Source: an uncultured euryarchaeote
GTDB lineage: Archaea; Thermoplasmatota; Poseidoniia; Poseidoniales; Poseidoniaceae
Assembly: GCA_937899865.1 (NCBI GenBank)
Contig: CALBRH010000045.1
Coordinates: 1 to 32,953 of the forward strand
Direction: 5' to 3'
Length of the DNA: 32,953 nt
In this document: positions 18,277 through 26,874 of the stretch, piece after piece
Layout of the letters: every line of letters starts with the position of its first letter
How positions within the stretch are numbered: position 1 is the stretch's first letter
Program-made: the position numbers and the translations under genes
The notes under the pieces: generated by a model
Seen by the model: the letters and a program-made list of their open reading frames with translations, nothing else
Told to the model about the DNA's origin: nothing
Databases searched by the model: none

Positions 18277-20286
18277 CTACTCATCTTCAATATTAGTGTA
18301 TAGGGATGGATACATGAAATTAGGATTAATATCTTCATCCATCTGAACTACATAAACACCGGACACCATCTCTGAAATGAATAGGAATCCTCGTGGGTCA
18401 TACTGCAATCCCCAGTCAAACGGAATCATACAAGACGCCCAACAATCAGCCATATCATAAGCTAAGGTTTCTTTTGGATTTTCAATCCATGTAGGTCCTG
18501 CAGGAAGGTAATAGCCCATAGTAATGGTTTCAGCCAATTGTTCAATCGCTGGGAAGCCAATTTCAGGAGCAGGCACTCCATCTATCCATTGAACATCATT
18601 CCAAATTTGACTGTGATCTGTCACCCAATTGCCAGCATGATAATGCGTCCAGTATACGTGGCCATTAGTTCCAGTATCTCCATTATGTGGGCTGTAGATA
18701 TAGCCGCCAGGGATGTAATGATGTTCATGCACACTACCATCAGGTAGAATACTTGTTCCTGGTAATTTCCACTTACTTAGTAAGAATGGCTTAGCCGGGT
18801 CTGTAGTATCAATAGTCCAAATGTAACCAGTGTGATTGGTATTGGTGCCGTATTCAGGGGCAATCAAAGTTAGGTGGCGCCAGTTGATGCCATATACAGG
18901 GTCATCAGGTCCAGTGCCACATTCATCTGGCCATGTTTCCATAGGGTCTATTTCAGCAGCACCATTACATAGCAAGTGATCGTAAGGAACTGCGTAATGA
19001 ATCCAACCATTACCATTCAATGCACCACTACTGCCGCCCCATTCTTCAGGAGTCATGTTAGCATGACCGCCGCCATCAGGGCCATACCATCCATCGTCAG
19101 CACTAGGACAGCCCAACCATCTTCCAACTTCGTAATCTTGAGGCCAAGATACTCCTTCAGGATCCGGGATTGATGGAGGCTCAGACACGTCTACAATTCG
19201 CAGCCCTGCATCCCAGTAAGAGATGTAGAGTAAGGCTTGTCCAGTAATTGGGTGGATGTGGAAAACATTGTCGTGATTGAATAGTGATCCTCCACAGGTA
19301 GTTTCCGGTTCAGGAGAATAACCACCCCAACGGATAATTTCTCGGCTGACATTTTGGTCTTCTTCATTGACATCAGGTCTCCATGATTCGAAACCTAATG
19401 GAACATAAAAAATCTGAGTACCTTTGTAAAATACACCTGAGTCTCCTTCTACCATTTCAGGATAAGGGTCAGCGCCGTAAAGGAATAAGTGGCATTCTTC
19501 AAGATTCCAAGGCGGCGGTGCGTTCTCCCAATCACAGTCAACATGCAAATCTTGGTTGTGGAATCCTGCAGGAGGGTTATTCCACTCGGCAACCTTGATT
19601 GGTTCATTCTTATTTGAAACATCGATAACGTCAAGCCTATTTGCTCCACTGTTAGCATCATCATCTTGTGGAATTGGATCTAAGTCACTATTTGTTAATT
19701 CATGATTAACTAAGACCCAGTTGTTATCTGGAGTAACTTTGATGTCAATCATTCTACCGATTTCAGCGTAGTATGTTGATAGCAAAACTATGTTGTTAGG
19801 TTCAGAGATGTCAAGAATTTCGAATTGATTGTAAGATGAAACGTAAGCATAACAGCCGCCAGTGCCGTCAGGATGCTTTTCACAATCTTCCATGAAATTA
19901 CCTTCAATCGAGATTTCAGAGGAATCTCCAGGAGTCGGCCCGACATTCTTGAATTCAGGGAAACAAGGACGGCCAGCAACATTGTCCAATTCAGCAGGTG
20001 GAGCAACATTACCATCACAGTTTAGATTGTGGTAATCGATTAGTTGCATGTTATTAGTTGCTAATCTATGAGCCATTAAGTCAGTATGGCTGTGATTTTC
20101 ATCTTCGATTTCAACTACAGGGTCAATCCATTCAGCTGTTTTACTACCCCCGTCGTTGCTTTCATCAGAATCAAGACTCATGTAAGCAATAGCTGAAATT
20201 ACACTAACAGTCAATAAACTAACCAACGCGATAACAATAATCTTGTCTGCTGCACTATCATCATCGTTAAGTTGCCTTCGAAGCAT
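18277..20286 (-). CDS. Membrane-anchored secreted LVIVD-repeat-like beta-propeller protein, 669 aa
   Basis: N-terminal TM helix; repeats FEILDISEP, LDVIDVSNK, LRIVDVSEP and WTIDTTDP; acidic composition. Confidence 0.7.
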   Translation of the reverse strand: MLRRQLNDDDSAADKIIVIALVSLLTVSVISAIAYMSLDSDESNDGGSKTAEWIDPVVEIEDENHSHTDLMAHRLATNNMQLIDYHNLNCDGNVAPPAELDNVAGRPCFPEFKNVGPTPGDSSEISIEGNFMEDCEKHPDGTGGCYAYVSSYNQFEILDISEPNNIVLLSTYYAEIGRMIDIKVTPDNNWVLVNHELTNSDLDPIPQDDDANSGANRLDVIDVSNKNEPIKVAEWNNPPAGFHNQDLHVDCDWENAPPPWNLEECHLFLYGADPYPEMVEGDSGVFYKGTQIFYVPLGFESWRPDVNEEDQNVSREIIRWGGYSPEPETTCGGSLFNHDNVFHIHPITGQALLYISYWDAGLRIVDVSEPPSIPDPEGVSWPQDYEVGRWLGCPSADDGWYGPDGGGHANMTPEEWGGSSGALNGNGWIHYAVPYDHLLCNGAAEIDPMETWPDECGTGPDDPVYGINWRHLTLIAPEYGTNTNHTGYIWTIDTTDPAKPFLLSKWKLPGTSILPDGSVHEHHYIPGGYIYSPHNGDTGTNGHVYWTHYHAGNWVTDHSQIWNDVQWIDGVPAPEIGFPAIEQLAETITMGYYLPAGPTWIENPKETLAYDMADCWASCMIPFDWGLQYDPRGFLFISEMVSGVYVVQMDEDINPNFMYPSLYTNIEDE

Positions 20287-20380
20287 GACGCTCGCTAATA
20301 TCTGTTATATTTCAATTAACGGGTAAAATAATCACAATACTCTAATTTGCTTTATTTAGGAATTTAGATTGGGGCAAAAT

Positions 20381-20980
20381 ATGGGAAGATTGTTTGGGCT
20401 AGTAGGATTGATTTTACTTTCCTTGATTTTAGTCCCAGGAATCGCTCAAGCACACTCAGCTAGTACCTTTAATGTAATAATTAAGCAAAACGATTTACAG
20501 CCCGGCACTACACAAATCGAATACAACGATTCGATAATGTGGTATAATGCAGATTCTAGAGAAAATGTAACCCAAAGGATTGTGTTCGATGCAGATGGCG
20601 ACGGCTTGTATAATGGTTCAGCAGATTGGGATTCAGGAGAAATCTATCAAGAATGCACGCCTCCATCAAATAACTCATCTTCAGATTGTAAAGAATCATT
20701 CACAGTTTGGTTTAACGGCACATGGGGAGTAGGAGAATACAACTACCAGGCGCTTTCATCAAATGGAGATGTTCAAAACGGAACCATAACTGTCATTGAG
20801 CATATTGAGGAAGTAACCGGTCCAGCAATAGGTAGTAGTTTTGGCTCATTCGACAATCAAGACACATCAAATGATGATGATAACGACGATGACGGCAAGA
20901 AACAATTGCTATTATTATTGGCCGCAACTTCAGCCTTAGGCTCGATTATGTTGATTATACAATTAGTAAAAAGATCATGA
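20381..20980 (+). CDS. Secreted, C-terminally anchored cupredoxin-like protein lacking type-1 copper ligands
   Basis: Signal peptide ending AQA. LQPGTTQIEYNDSIMWYN and GEYNYQ...NGTITV are cupredoxin-like strands. Asp-rich linker, then a C-terminal TM and KRS. Confidence 0.6.
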   Translation: MGRLFGLVGLILLSLILVPGIAQAHSASTFNVIIKQNDLQPGTTQIEYNDSIMWYNADSRENVTQRIVFDADGDGLYNGSADWDSGEIYQECTPPSNNSSSDCKESFTVWFNGTWGVGEYNYQALSSNGDVQNGTITVIEHIEEVTGPAIGSSFGSFDNQDTSNDDDNDDDGKKQLLLLLAATSALGSIMLIIQLVKRS

Positions 20981-20992
20981 AATAATCATTGA

Positions 20993-22492
20993 TCATCCTT
21001 GAGTAATCAAATGGTGCATTGTCCTAACATGAATTCCAGTTGCGCCATTCTTGACCATAGTGTTGGTCTTAGCTCCCCAATAGGTTCCTGCAATGTCCAT
21101 GTGCGCCCAAGTAATTTGTTCACCATCTTTGTCATAATCGACATTGGGTACGAATTGTTTCAAGAATGCAGCAGCAGTATTTGCTCCACCCCAGCGGCCA
21201 GCACCAAGATTTCTGGTATCGGCGATTTTTGAATCGGTCATTTCCTTTTCGAATGCTGGTAGTAGAGGCATTGGCCATGCTAACTCATCTACTGCATTAC
21301 CTGCATCATGGATACGAGTTCTAAACTCATCATTATTTGACCATAGTCCAGTTGCTTCGTGACCAAGTGCAACAACGCAAGCACCAGTTAAGGTAGCGAA
21401 GTCAACAATATATTCGGGATTAAATTCTCCTGCCTTCCAAAGTCCATCTGACAATACCAGTCTTCCTTCGGCATCAGTGTTTAGGATTTCTATGGTTTTG
21501 CCAGATAGGCCTTTGATGACATCTCCAGGCCTTGTTGCATTAGCAGCAGGCATGTTTTCAGCCATGCAGGTTATTCCTACAACCTTGCCTTTGTGGCCAG
21601 TTTGAGCTAAGGCTTCCATGGTTCCAAATACGGTTGCTGAGCCACCCATATCATACTTCATTTCATCCATATTAGCGCCAGGCTTTAGTGAAATACCACC
21701 GGTATCGAAAGTAATGCCTTTACCGACTAGAACTGGACACTTGCCTTTGACATCTTTATTCATTTCAAAGATGACCATGCATGGTTTGCGAGATGAACCC
21801 TTGCCAACAGCAACCAAACCTCCCATACCAGCCTTCAAAGCTTGATCATAATTGATTATAGTCACATCGACATTGTCGTATTGCTTAGCCCATTCCCATG
21901 CACGATCAGAAAATTCTTCAGGATACATATCATTTGGAGGACAGTTTCCAAGATCTCTAGAAAGATGCACTCCCTTAGTAATGCCTCGATAATTTTCCAC
22001 CATAGAGGTCAATTCTCCAGCTTCCTTTTCACTACATGCTAAACGAATCTGTTTAACGCCCTCGTCGTCTTTATCATCTTCATCTTTCATCTTGTAATGG
22101 TCATATGAATAATCTCTAAGCATCATGCCCTCGGCAAACGCAGCCATATGCGCAACGCCAGCGTTGGAGAATCGTACAGTGAAATCATTACCGTGAATTT
22201 TTTTGATACTGGCAAATACAGCAGCGCCGGCCTTTCTGTAATCATGAACAGTGATTGAGTCGGCCTTTCCTAGTCCGGCAAGAATGATTTTACCATCTTC
22301 ACCCCCAACTAAAGATAATGTCGTTTTTGATTTTGCTTTGAAATCGCCATCACTAAGCACTTTGTTGATTTGTGCTTTCGTCGATTGTGGCAAACCTCTT
22401 TCACAGTCTTCAGGTATTGATTCAGTTCCTTCGACCATTGGAAGAATTAGTGTTCCATTGATGTTATCATTTACGCTTACAGTCATTTCCAT
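20993..22492 (-). CDS. pepA: Leucyl aminopeptidase (M17); probable start ATG 22492
   Basis: Motifs VGKGITFDTGG, MKYDMGG, NTDAEGRL, ATLTGA and WAHMDIAG. Confidence 0.96.
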   Translation of the reverse strand: MEMTVSVNDNINGTLILPMVEGTESIPEDCERGLPQSTKAQINKVLSDGDFKAKSKTTLSLVGGEDGKIILAGLGKADSITVHDYRKAGAAVFASIKKIHGNDFTVRFSNAGVAHMAAFAEGMMLRDYSYDHYKMKDEDDKDDEGVKQIRLACSEKEAGELTSMVENYRGITKGVHLSRDLGNCPPNDMYPEEFSDRAWEWAKQYDNVDVTIINYDQALKAGMGGLVAVGKGSSRKPCMVIFEMNKDVKGKCPVLVGKGITFDTGGISLKPGANMDEMKYDMGGSATVFGTMEALAQTGHKGKVVGITCMAENMPAANATRPGDVIKGLSGKTIEILNTDAEGRLVLSDGLWKAGEFNPEYIVDFATLTGACVVALGHEATGLWSNNDEFRTRIHDAGNAVDELAWPMPLLPAFEKEMTDSKIADTRNLGAGRWGGANTAAAFLKQFVPNVDYDKDGEQITWAHMDIAGTYWGAKTNTMVKNGATGIHVRTMHHLITQG

Positions 22493-22527
22493 GTTATCGC
22501 CTGTGATGGCGTATGACCGACAGCATT

Positions 22528-23928
22528 TCAATTATCGTGTGCATCAGATTGACAGAATTCTTCGATTTCTTCATCCTCAGGACGCAGTATTGCTGCCAAG
22601 CCAACAACAGAAGCGATTACTGTTAACGGGTTGAAAATCCCGTATCCAAACAATCCTTCAGAATCTTTGCCGGAACCTGATTTAACAACACTAGAATTAA
22701 TTGATTCAGTAACCCATGTTGAGGAATTTATTACACGCTTTTGGTAATACATTTGCCATGCACCGTCAGAGGAAATATCAATTGCCGAAATATCAAGTTC
22801 AACAATCGTGCTGTTGGTTGCATTAACTGTGAAAGCATCAGATGTCCAGGCAATTTCTCCATCAGAATCCACATATTGCAAAGTAGCATTGGAGGTTGAT
22901 GCTTGACCATGATTAACCACATCAAGAGTTACCGAATTACTTGACAGTTCTAGTGAGCGAACATCAAGCCGCGCTCTCCAGTACCACACATTGTTGATCA
23001 AATACCTCATAACATCCATTTCTTCTTCCAATCTGTCGTTGAGATTTTCAAAAGAGCCAGGAATAAACTGTTCATCATCTGTTTCAAAGGTAAATGTTGG
23101 AAAACCCATCACTCCATAACCATAATCTCTACTGGTTCCACAATTTGGATACAGCCCTTGGTTAGCATTTTGAATTGGAATACTCGAAATATTGGCGTGC
23201 ACATCATCTCTTATTTGCCAAAATAATTCCCAGTCAGCAGGTTGATGAGCCCACTTACCCCAAGGGTACAACATAATCCAAACACCCGTATGCATAGTAA
23301 CGTAGAGGTCGGCATCAGAAACATATTCATTCATGTAAATTGAATTATACATTGTTTCAGATTCGCTAAATGCACTGCTGCCGGGCTGTGTAGTTGGACA
23401 AGTATTCCAATAGTGGTCGTAGTTCCTATTCAAATCTACTTGATTGATATTCCAGCGAGTATCTATGTCATTACCATCTGGGTTTAGCATAATTAAAACA
23501 TGAACTTCTGTATTTCTTAATACATTAATCGCTTCTTCATTACCTTCAACCCACCCATCTATGTACCATTTTGCCGATAGCCATGCTAATGCAGTTCCCA
23601 GATATTCATTTCCATGATGCCCTCCATCAATGTAAATGATTTCTTTTGGGCTTCCATCTTCCTTGGTCTCAATAGACCAATCCGACAATCTAACTACCCA
23701 CAAAGCTCTACCAAGTTCAGACTCACCAGCACTCATCAAGTCAACAATCTCTGGATAGTCATCAGCCCACTCATTGACTTCAATAGTCATAGCCGCCCAT
23801 GTCATATGGACATGACTATCGATAGGGTCGCCAGGCCACATGCCGTTTTCATTAGATTCAGTTTGCGCGCATGCTACAGGAATCGATGCGAGCAGCATGG
23901 ATAAGACAAGACCAACAGCCACTCGCAT
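22528..23928 (-). CDS. M14 zinc carboxypeptidase with signal peptide and C-terminal membrane anchor, 466 aa
   Basis: HGNE (HxxE), NPDG, DLNRNY, TMHT and FTFE; hydrophobic N- and C-terminal segments. Confidence 0.88.
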   Translation of the reverse strand: MRVAVGLVLSMLLASIPVACAQTESNENGMWPGDPIDSHVHMTWAAMTIEVNEWADDYPEIVDLMSAGESELGRALWVVRLSDWSIETKEDGSPKEIIYIDGGHHGNEYLGTALAWLSAKWYIDGWVEGNEEAINVLRNTEVHVLIMLNPDGNDIDTRWNINQVDLNRNYDHYWNTCPTTQPGSSAFSESETMYNSIYMNEYVSDADLYVTMHTGVWIMLYPWGKWAHQPADWELFWQIRDDVHANISSIPIQNANQGLYPNCGTSRDYGYGVMGFPTFTFETDDEQFIPGSFENLNDRLEEEMDVMRYLINNVWYWRARLDVRSLELSSNSVTLDVVNHGQASTSNATLQYVDSDGEIAWTSDAFTVNATNSTIVELDISAIDISSDGAWQMYYQKRVINSSTWVTESINSSVVKSGSGKDSEGLFGYGIFNPLTVIASVVGLAAILRPEDEEIEEFCQSDAHDN

Positions 23929-23977
23929 GATATTCCCTACTTATTGCACAACAAAAACGCTTTGATGTTACGCAACT

Positions 23978-24400
23978 TCACCAATCGCTGGTGAAAGCGT
24001 TTGGATTAACGACTTTTTCAGACTCCCTAGTCCAAATCTGTCCAGCGTCACCACTTGAATAAACATCACCGAAAGGATCGATTTCTTCGGTTTTCTTACT
24101 GCGTTGCATATAAGCCTCAACACTCTCACGCAAGTCTGGCTTAAACTTCCAGTAGTGGATACGCCACTCGCGACCATCCCACAAAGTAGTTTCTTCACTT
24201 TCAGTAGTCAGTAGATTGTAATCTTGGAACATGTAAAACAGGTTTCTATCAGTTGGTTCTAGAGCATTATCAATAATTCGATTGTAAAAACCAAAAAATC
24301 CTAACGCGTGTTCGGCCATACCTTGAGCAACTTCACTATCCATCTCCAAGTCGATATGTTGCTGAATTGCTTTGGTTAATTCTCCTAATGTCATTCCCAT
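23978..24400 (-). CDS. DUF6015-like conserved Thermoplasmatota protein (about 140 aa; start ATG 24400 or 24394)
   Basis: FFGFYNRIIDNALEPTDRNLFY...LLTTESEETTLWDGREWRIHYW. The family assignment is from memory. A G-rich SD-like run precedes 24400. Confidence 0.7.
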   Translation of the reverse strand: MGMTLGELTKAIQQHIDLEMDSEVAQGMAEHALGFFGFYNRIIDNALEPTDRNLFYMFQDYNLLTTESEETTLWDGREWRIHYWKFKPDLRESVEAYMQRSKKTEEIDPFGDVYSSGDAGQIWTRESEKVVNPNAFTSDW

Positions 24401-24523
24401 CAAAATACCCCCGGCCCCGACTTTCAGTCTTAGAACACTATTAATTATTGTAAGCCGACCCATATTAAATCTTCGGTGAAAATGGCTTTTTTTTACTGAC
24501 ATCCGGCAAAACGTGTCCGCAAA

Positions 24524-25492
24524 ATGACACCAAACGCTCAATACCACAAAGGCCTGCCAAGGTTCGTGGCAGAGGAGTTTGTTGAAGGCAATTTCTTGGG
24601 TTTGCCTAGCAAGCCCGGCAATGCAGATGTTGTTATTTTACAGGTTCCATATGAATTGACAACTTCTTATGGCCAAGGAACAGCACAAGGCCCAGCAGCC
24701 TGTATTACGGCAAGCGGACAAGTCGAATTATTTGATCCAATACTCGGTGAAGATTTGCCAGCTGGATACAATATTCACACAGCCCCTGAGTGGAATGGCG
24801 AAGGCAATACTCTAGAACAACAATTAGCAAATATCTCAAACTATCTTGCTAAATGGAATAATGGAACAACATTTCCAGTAATATTGGGTGGAGAGCACGG
24901 TATATTGCCGCCAATCATCAAATCGCTTACCAATCATCCAGCAATAGATGGAGATTATTCTAAGTTAAATATAGTTCAAATCGACGCCCATGCCGATTTG
25001 CGTGAGGAATTAGATGGCGAGCCATTTTCACATGCCTGTGCCGCCTCAAGAGCTATGGATTATGGCCTCAAACACCTCTATCAAATCGGTATCCGTGCCT
25101 TTTCTAAGGAAGAATATGAACGAATCAATACGGATGAAAAAATAACGACATTTTTTGCAGCAGACATCCTTCGAAATAATGCCAAATGGCAAAAATGCCT
25201 TGATGCACTTAGAGCAATCGAGGGACCAGTCCATTTGACAATTGATATCGACGGCCTTGATGGTAGCATAGTTCCTTCCACAGGCACGCCAGTCCCTGGA
25301 GGGCTAAATTTTTGGCAAGCAGTAGAAATAATTGAAGCATTATTTTCTGCACCTAATGCAAAGATTATCAGCATGGATGTTAATGAGATAGTGCCTCAAA
25401 AAGACACTCCATTAACACAATTTACTGCAGCAATGCTTGCTACAAAAGGTATAGTAAACCACATAAATAAAAGAAAATCCAATCGGTGGTAA
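24524..25492 (+). CDS. speB: Agmatinase (ureohydrolase family), 322 aa
   Basis: Motifs PYELTTSYGQGT, GGEH, QIDAHADLR, SHA, TIDIDGLD, GTPVPGG and DVNE. Confidence 0.9.
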   Translation: MTPNAQYHKGLPRFVAEEFVEGNFLGLPSKPGNADVVILQVPYELTTSYGQGTAQGPAACITASGQVELFDPILGEDLPAGYNIHTAPEWNGEGNTLEQQLANISNYLAKWNNGTTFPVILGGEHGILPPIIKSLTNHPAIDGDYSKLNIVQIDAHADLREELDGEPFSHACAASRAMDYGLKHLYQIGIRAFSKEEYERINTDEKITTFFAADILRNNAKWQKCLDALRAIEGPVHLTIDIDGLDGSIVPSTGTPVPGGLNFWQAVEIIEALFSAPNAKIISMDVNEIVPQKDTPLTQFTAAMLATKGIVNHINKRKSNRW

Positions 25493-25514
25493 TCAAGGTA
25501 ACAGGGGGAATAGT

Positions 25515-25892
25515 ATGGCCAATGCTCACGGAGTTCACATTCTAGCTGACTATACTGGTTTTTTTCCAAAACTCGATAATACCGGAGAATGGATACTTTC
25601 TTTGATGGAACAAGTCATTGATGAGAGTACAGCAAATAGAGTCCATTCACATATCGAGGAATTTGATGGAACATCTTCACCTCCAGGTTTTGCTGCTGTA
25701 GTTTTATTGGATGAAAGCCATCTAACCGCCCATTGTTATTCAGAGAAAGGTTGGCTTTCAATCGATTGTTTTACTTGTGGCTCAACCAATCCAGGCGCAA
25801 TTATCGATGCTATGCATTCAGCAATTCAAGATGCTTCACCTGGTATAAAACTTGAGAAACGCAAAACAGAAGCAAGATTTACCAACGGGTGA
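25515..25892 (+). CDS. speD: Pyruvoyl-dependent SpeD-fold decarboxylase proenzyme (AdoMetDC or neofunctionalised Arg/Orn decarboxylase), 125 aa
   Basis: GVHILAD, LLDE|SH self-cleavage site (Ser68 at 25716-25718) and IDCFTCG. GGGGGA SD upstream. Confidence 0.85.
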   Translation: MANAHGVHILADYTGFFPKLDNTGEWILSLMEQVIDESTANRVHSHIEEFDGTSSPPGFAAVVLLDESHLTAHCYSEKGWLSIDCFTCGSTNPGAIIDAMHSAIQDASPGIKLEKRKTEARFTNG

Positions 25893-25896
25893 GCAA

Positions 25897-26844
25897 ATGA
25901 CAATTCGAGATTTTGTTGATACATATTTCCACCATTTCAATGCTGGAGAGGTTAGGAAAGCAGCCCAATCACTCGCCCAATTTCTTTCCGATGGTGGCAA
26001 AATTTTCCTAACCTTAGCCGGTGCAATGAGCACAGCAAGACTTGGAAAAGTTCTGGCTCCAATGATCAACTCCGGCTATATAGCTGGCATTTCATGTACG
26101 GGTGCTAATTTAGAAGAAGACGTATTTCTCCTTGCTGCTAATTCACATTACCAATCGATAGAAGATTGGCGTAGCCTATCTGCAGACGATGATGCTGATT
26201 TATTAGAAAAAAAACTCAACAGAGTAACCGATGTATGCATTCCCGAAGACCAAGCAATTAGAGCGATTGAAAAAGCCATATTTTCGCTTTGGCAAGAATA
26301 TTCGACTGCGCAACAGTCAGCATTGCCGCACGAATTTTTCTATCAAATGCTACTGAATAATCAGCTAATAATTGATGGCAACCCAGATGATAGTTGGGTT
26401 TTGGCTGCCGCTAAGCACAATCTTCCACTATTTGTTCCAGGTTGGGAAGATTCAACACTTGGTAATATTTTTGCATCCCATGTAATTCAATCAGACATCG
26501 ATCCATCAGTTGTCAAGAGCGGAATACACTATATGACCGAGTTAGCAAAATGGTATGAGTCACAAACAACACAGTTAGCATTTTTTCAAATCGGTGGAGG
26601 CATTGCTGGAGACTTCCCAATATGTGTGGTACCGATGTTAAATCAAGATTTACAGCGCCAAGTTCCTTTATGGTCATGGTTTTGCCAAATCAGTGAAGCA
26701 AATCCATCGTATGGAGGTTATTCAGGTGCTCCACCTAATGAAAAAATAACTTGGGGGAAACTGGCTAAAGAAACTCCGAAATTTGTCATTGAAAGTGACG
26801 CGACCATTGTTGCACCACTAATCTTTGCATACCTACTAGAATGA
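25897..26844 (+). CDS. dys: Deoxyhypusine synthase-like protein (bacterial-type; possible homospermidine synthase); probable start ATG 25897
   Basis: Motifs HHFNA, AGAMST, TGANLEEDVF, PGWEDSTLGN, QIGGGIAGDFPICVVP, YSGAPPNEKITWGKL and ESDATIVAPL. Confidence 0.9.
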   Translation: MTIRDFVDTYFHHFNAGEVRKAAQSLAQFLSDGGKIFLTLAGAMSTARLGKVLAPMINSGYIAGISCTGANLEEDVFLLAANSHYQSIEDWRSLSADDDADLLEKKLNRVTDVCIPEDQAIRAIEKAIFSLWQEYSTAQQSALPHEFFYQMLLNNQLIIDGNPDDSWVLAAAKHNLPLFVPGWEDSTLGNIFASHVIQSDIDPSVVKSGIHYMTELAKWYESQTTQLAFFQIGGGIAGDFPICVVPMLNQDLQRQVPLWSWFCQISEANPSYGGYSGAPPNEKITWGKLAKETPKFVIESDATIVAPLIFAYLLE

Positions 26845-26874
26845 AAAATAGTTTTGAGTAAGGAGGCAACTGAC

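Noticed and set aside
24401-24547. Long N-terminal extension of the DUF6015-like ORF overlapping the agmatinase start
   Set aside because: It reads through the divergent promoter region, and the conserved-looking sequence begins at about 24400.
25852-25896. Possible overlap or frameshift fusion of speD and the DHS-like gene
   Set aside because: A simple stop-4 nt-ATG coupling at 25892/25897 explains it, and no slippery site or downstream structure is evident.
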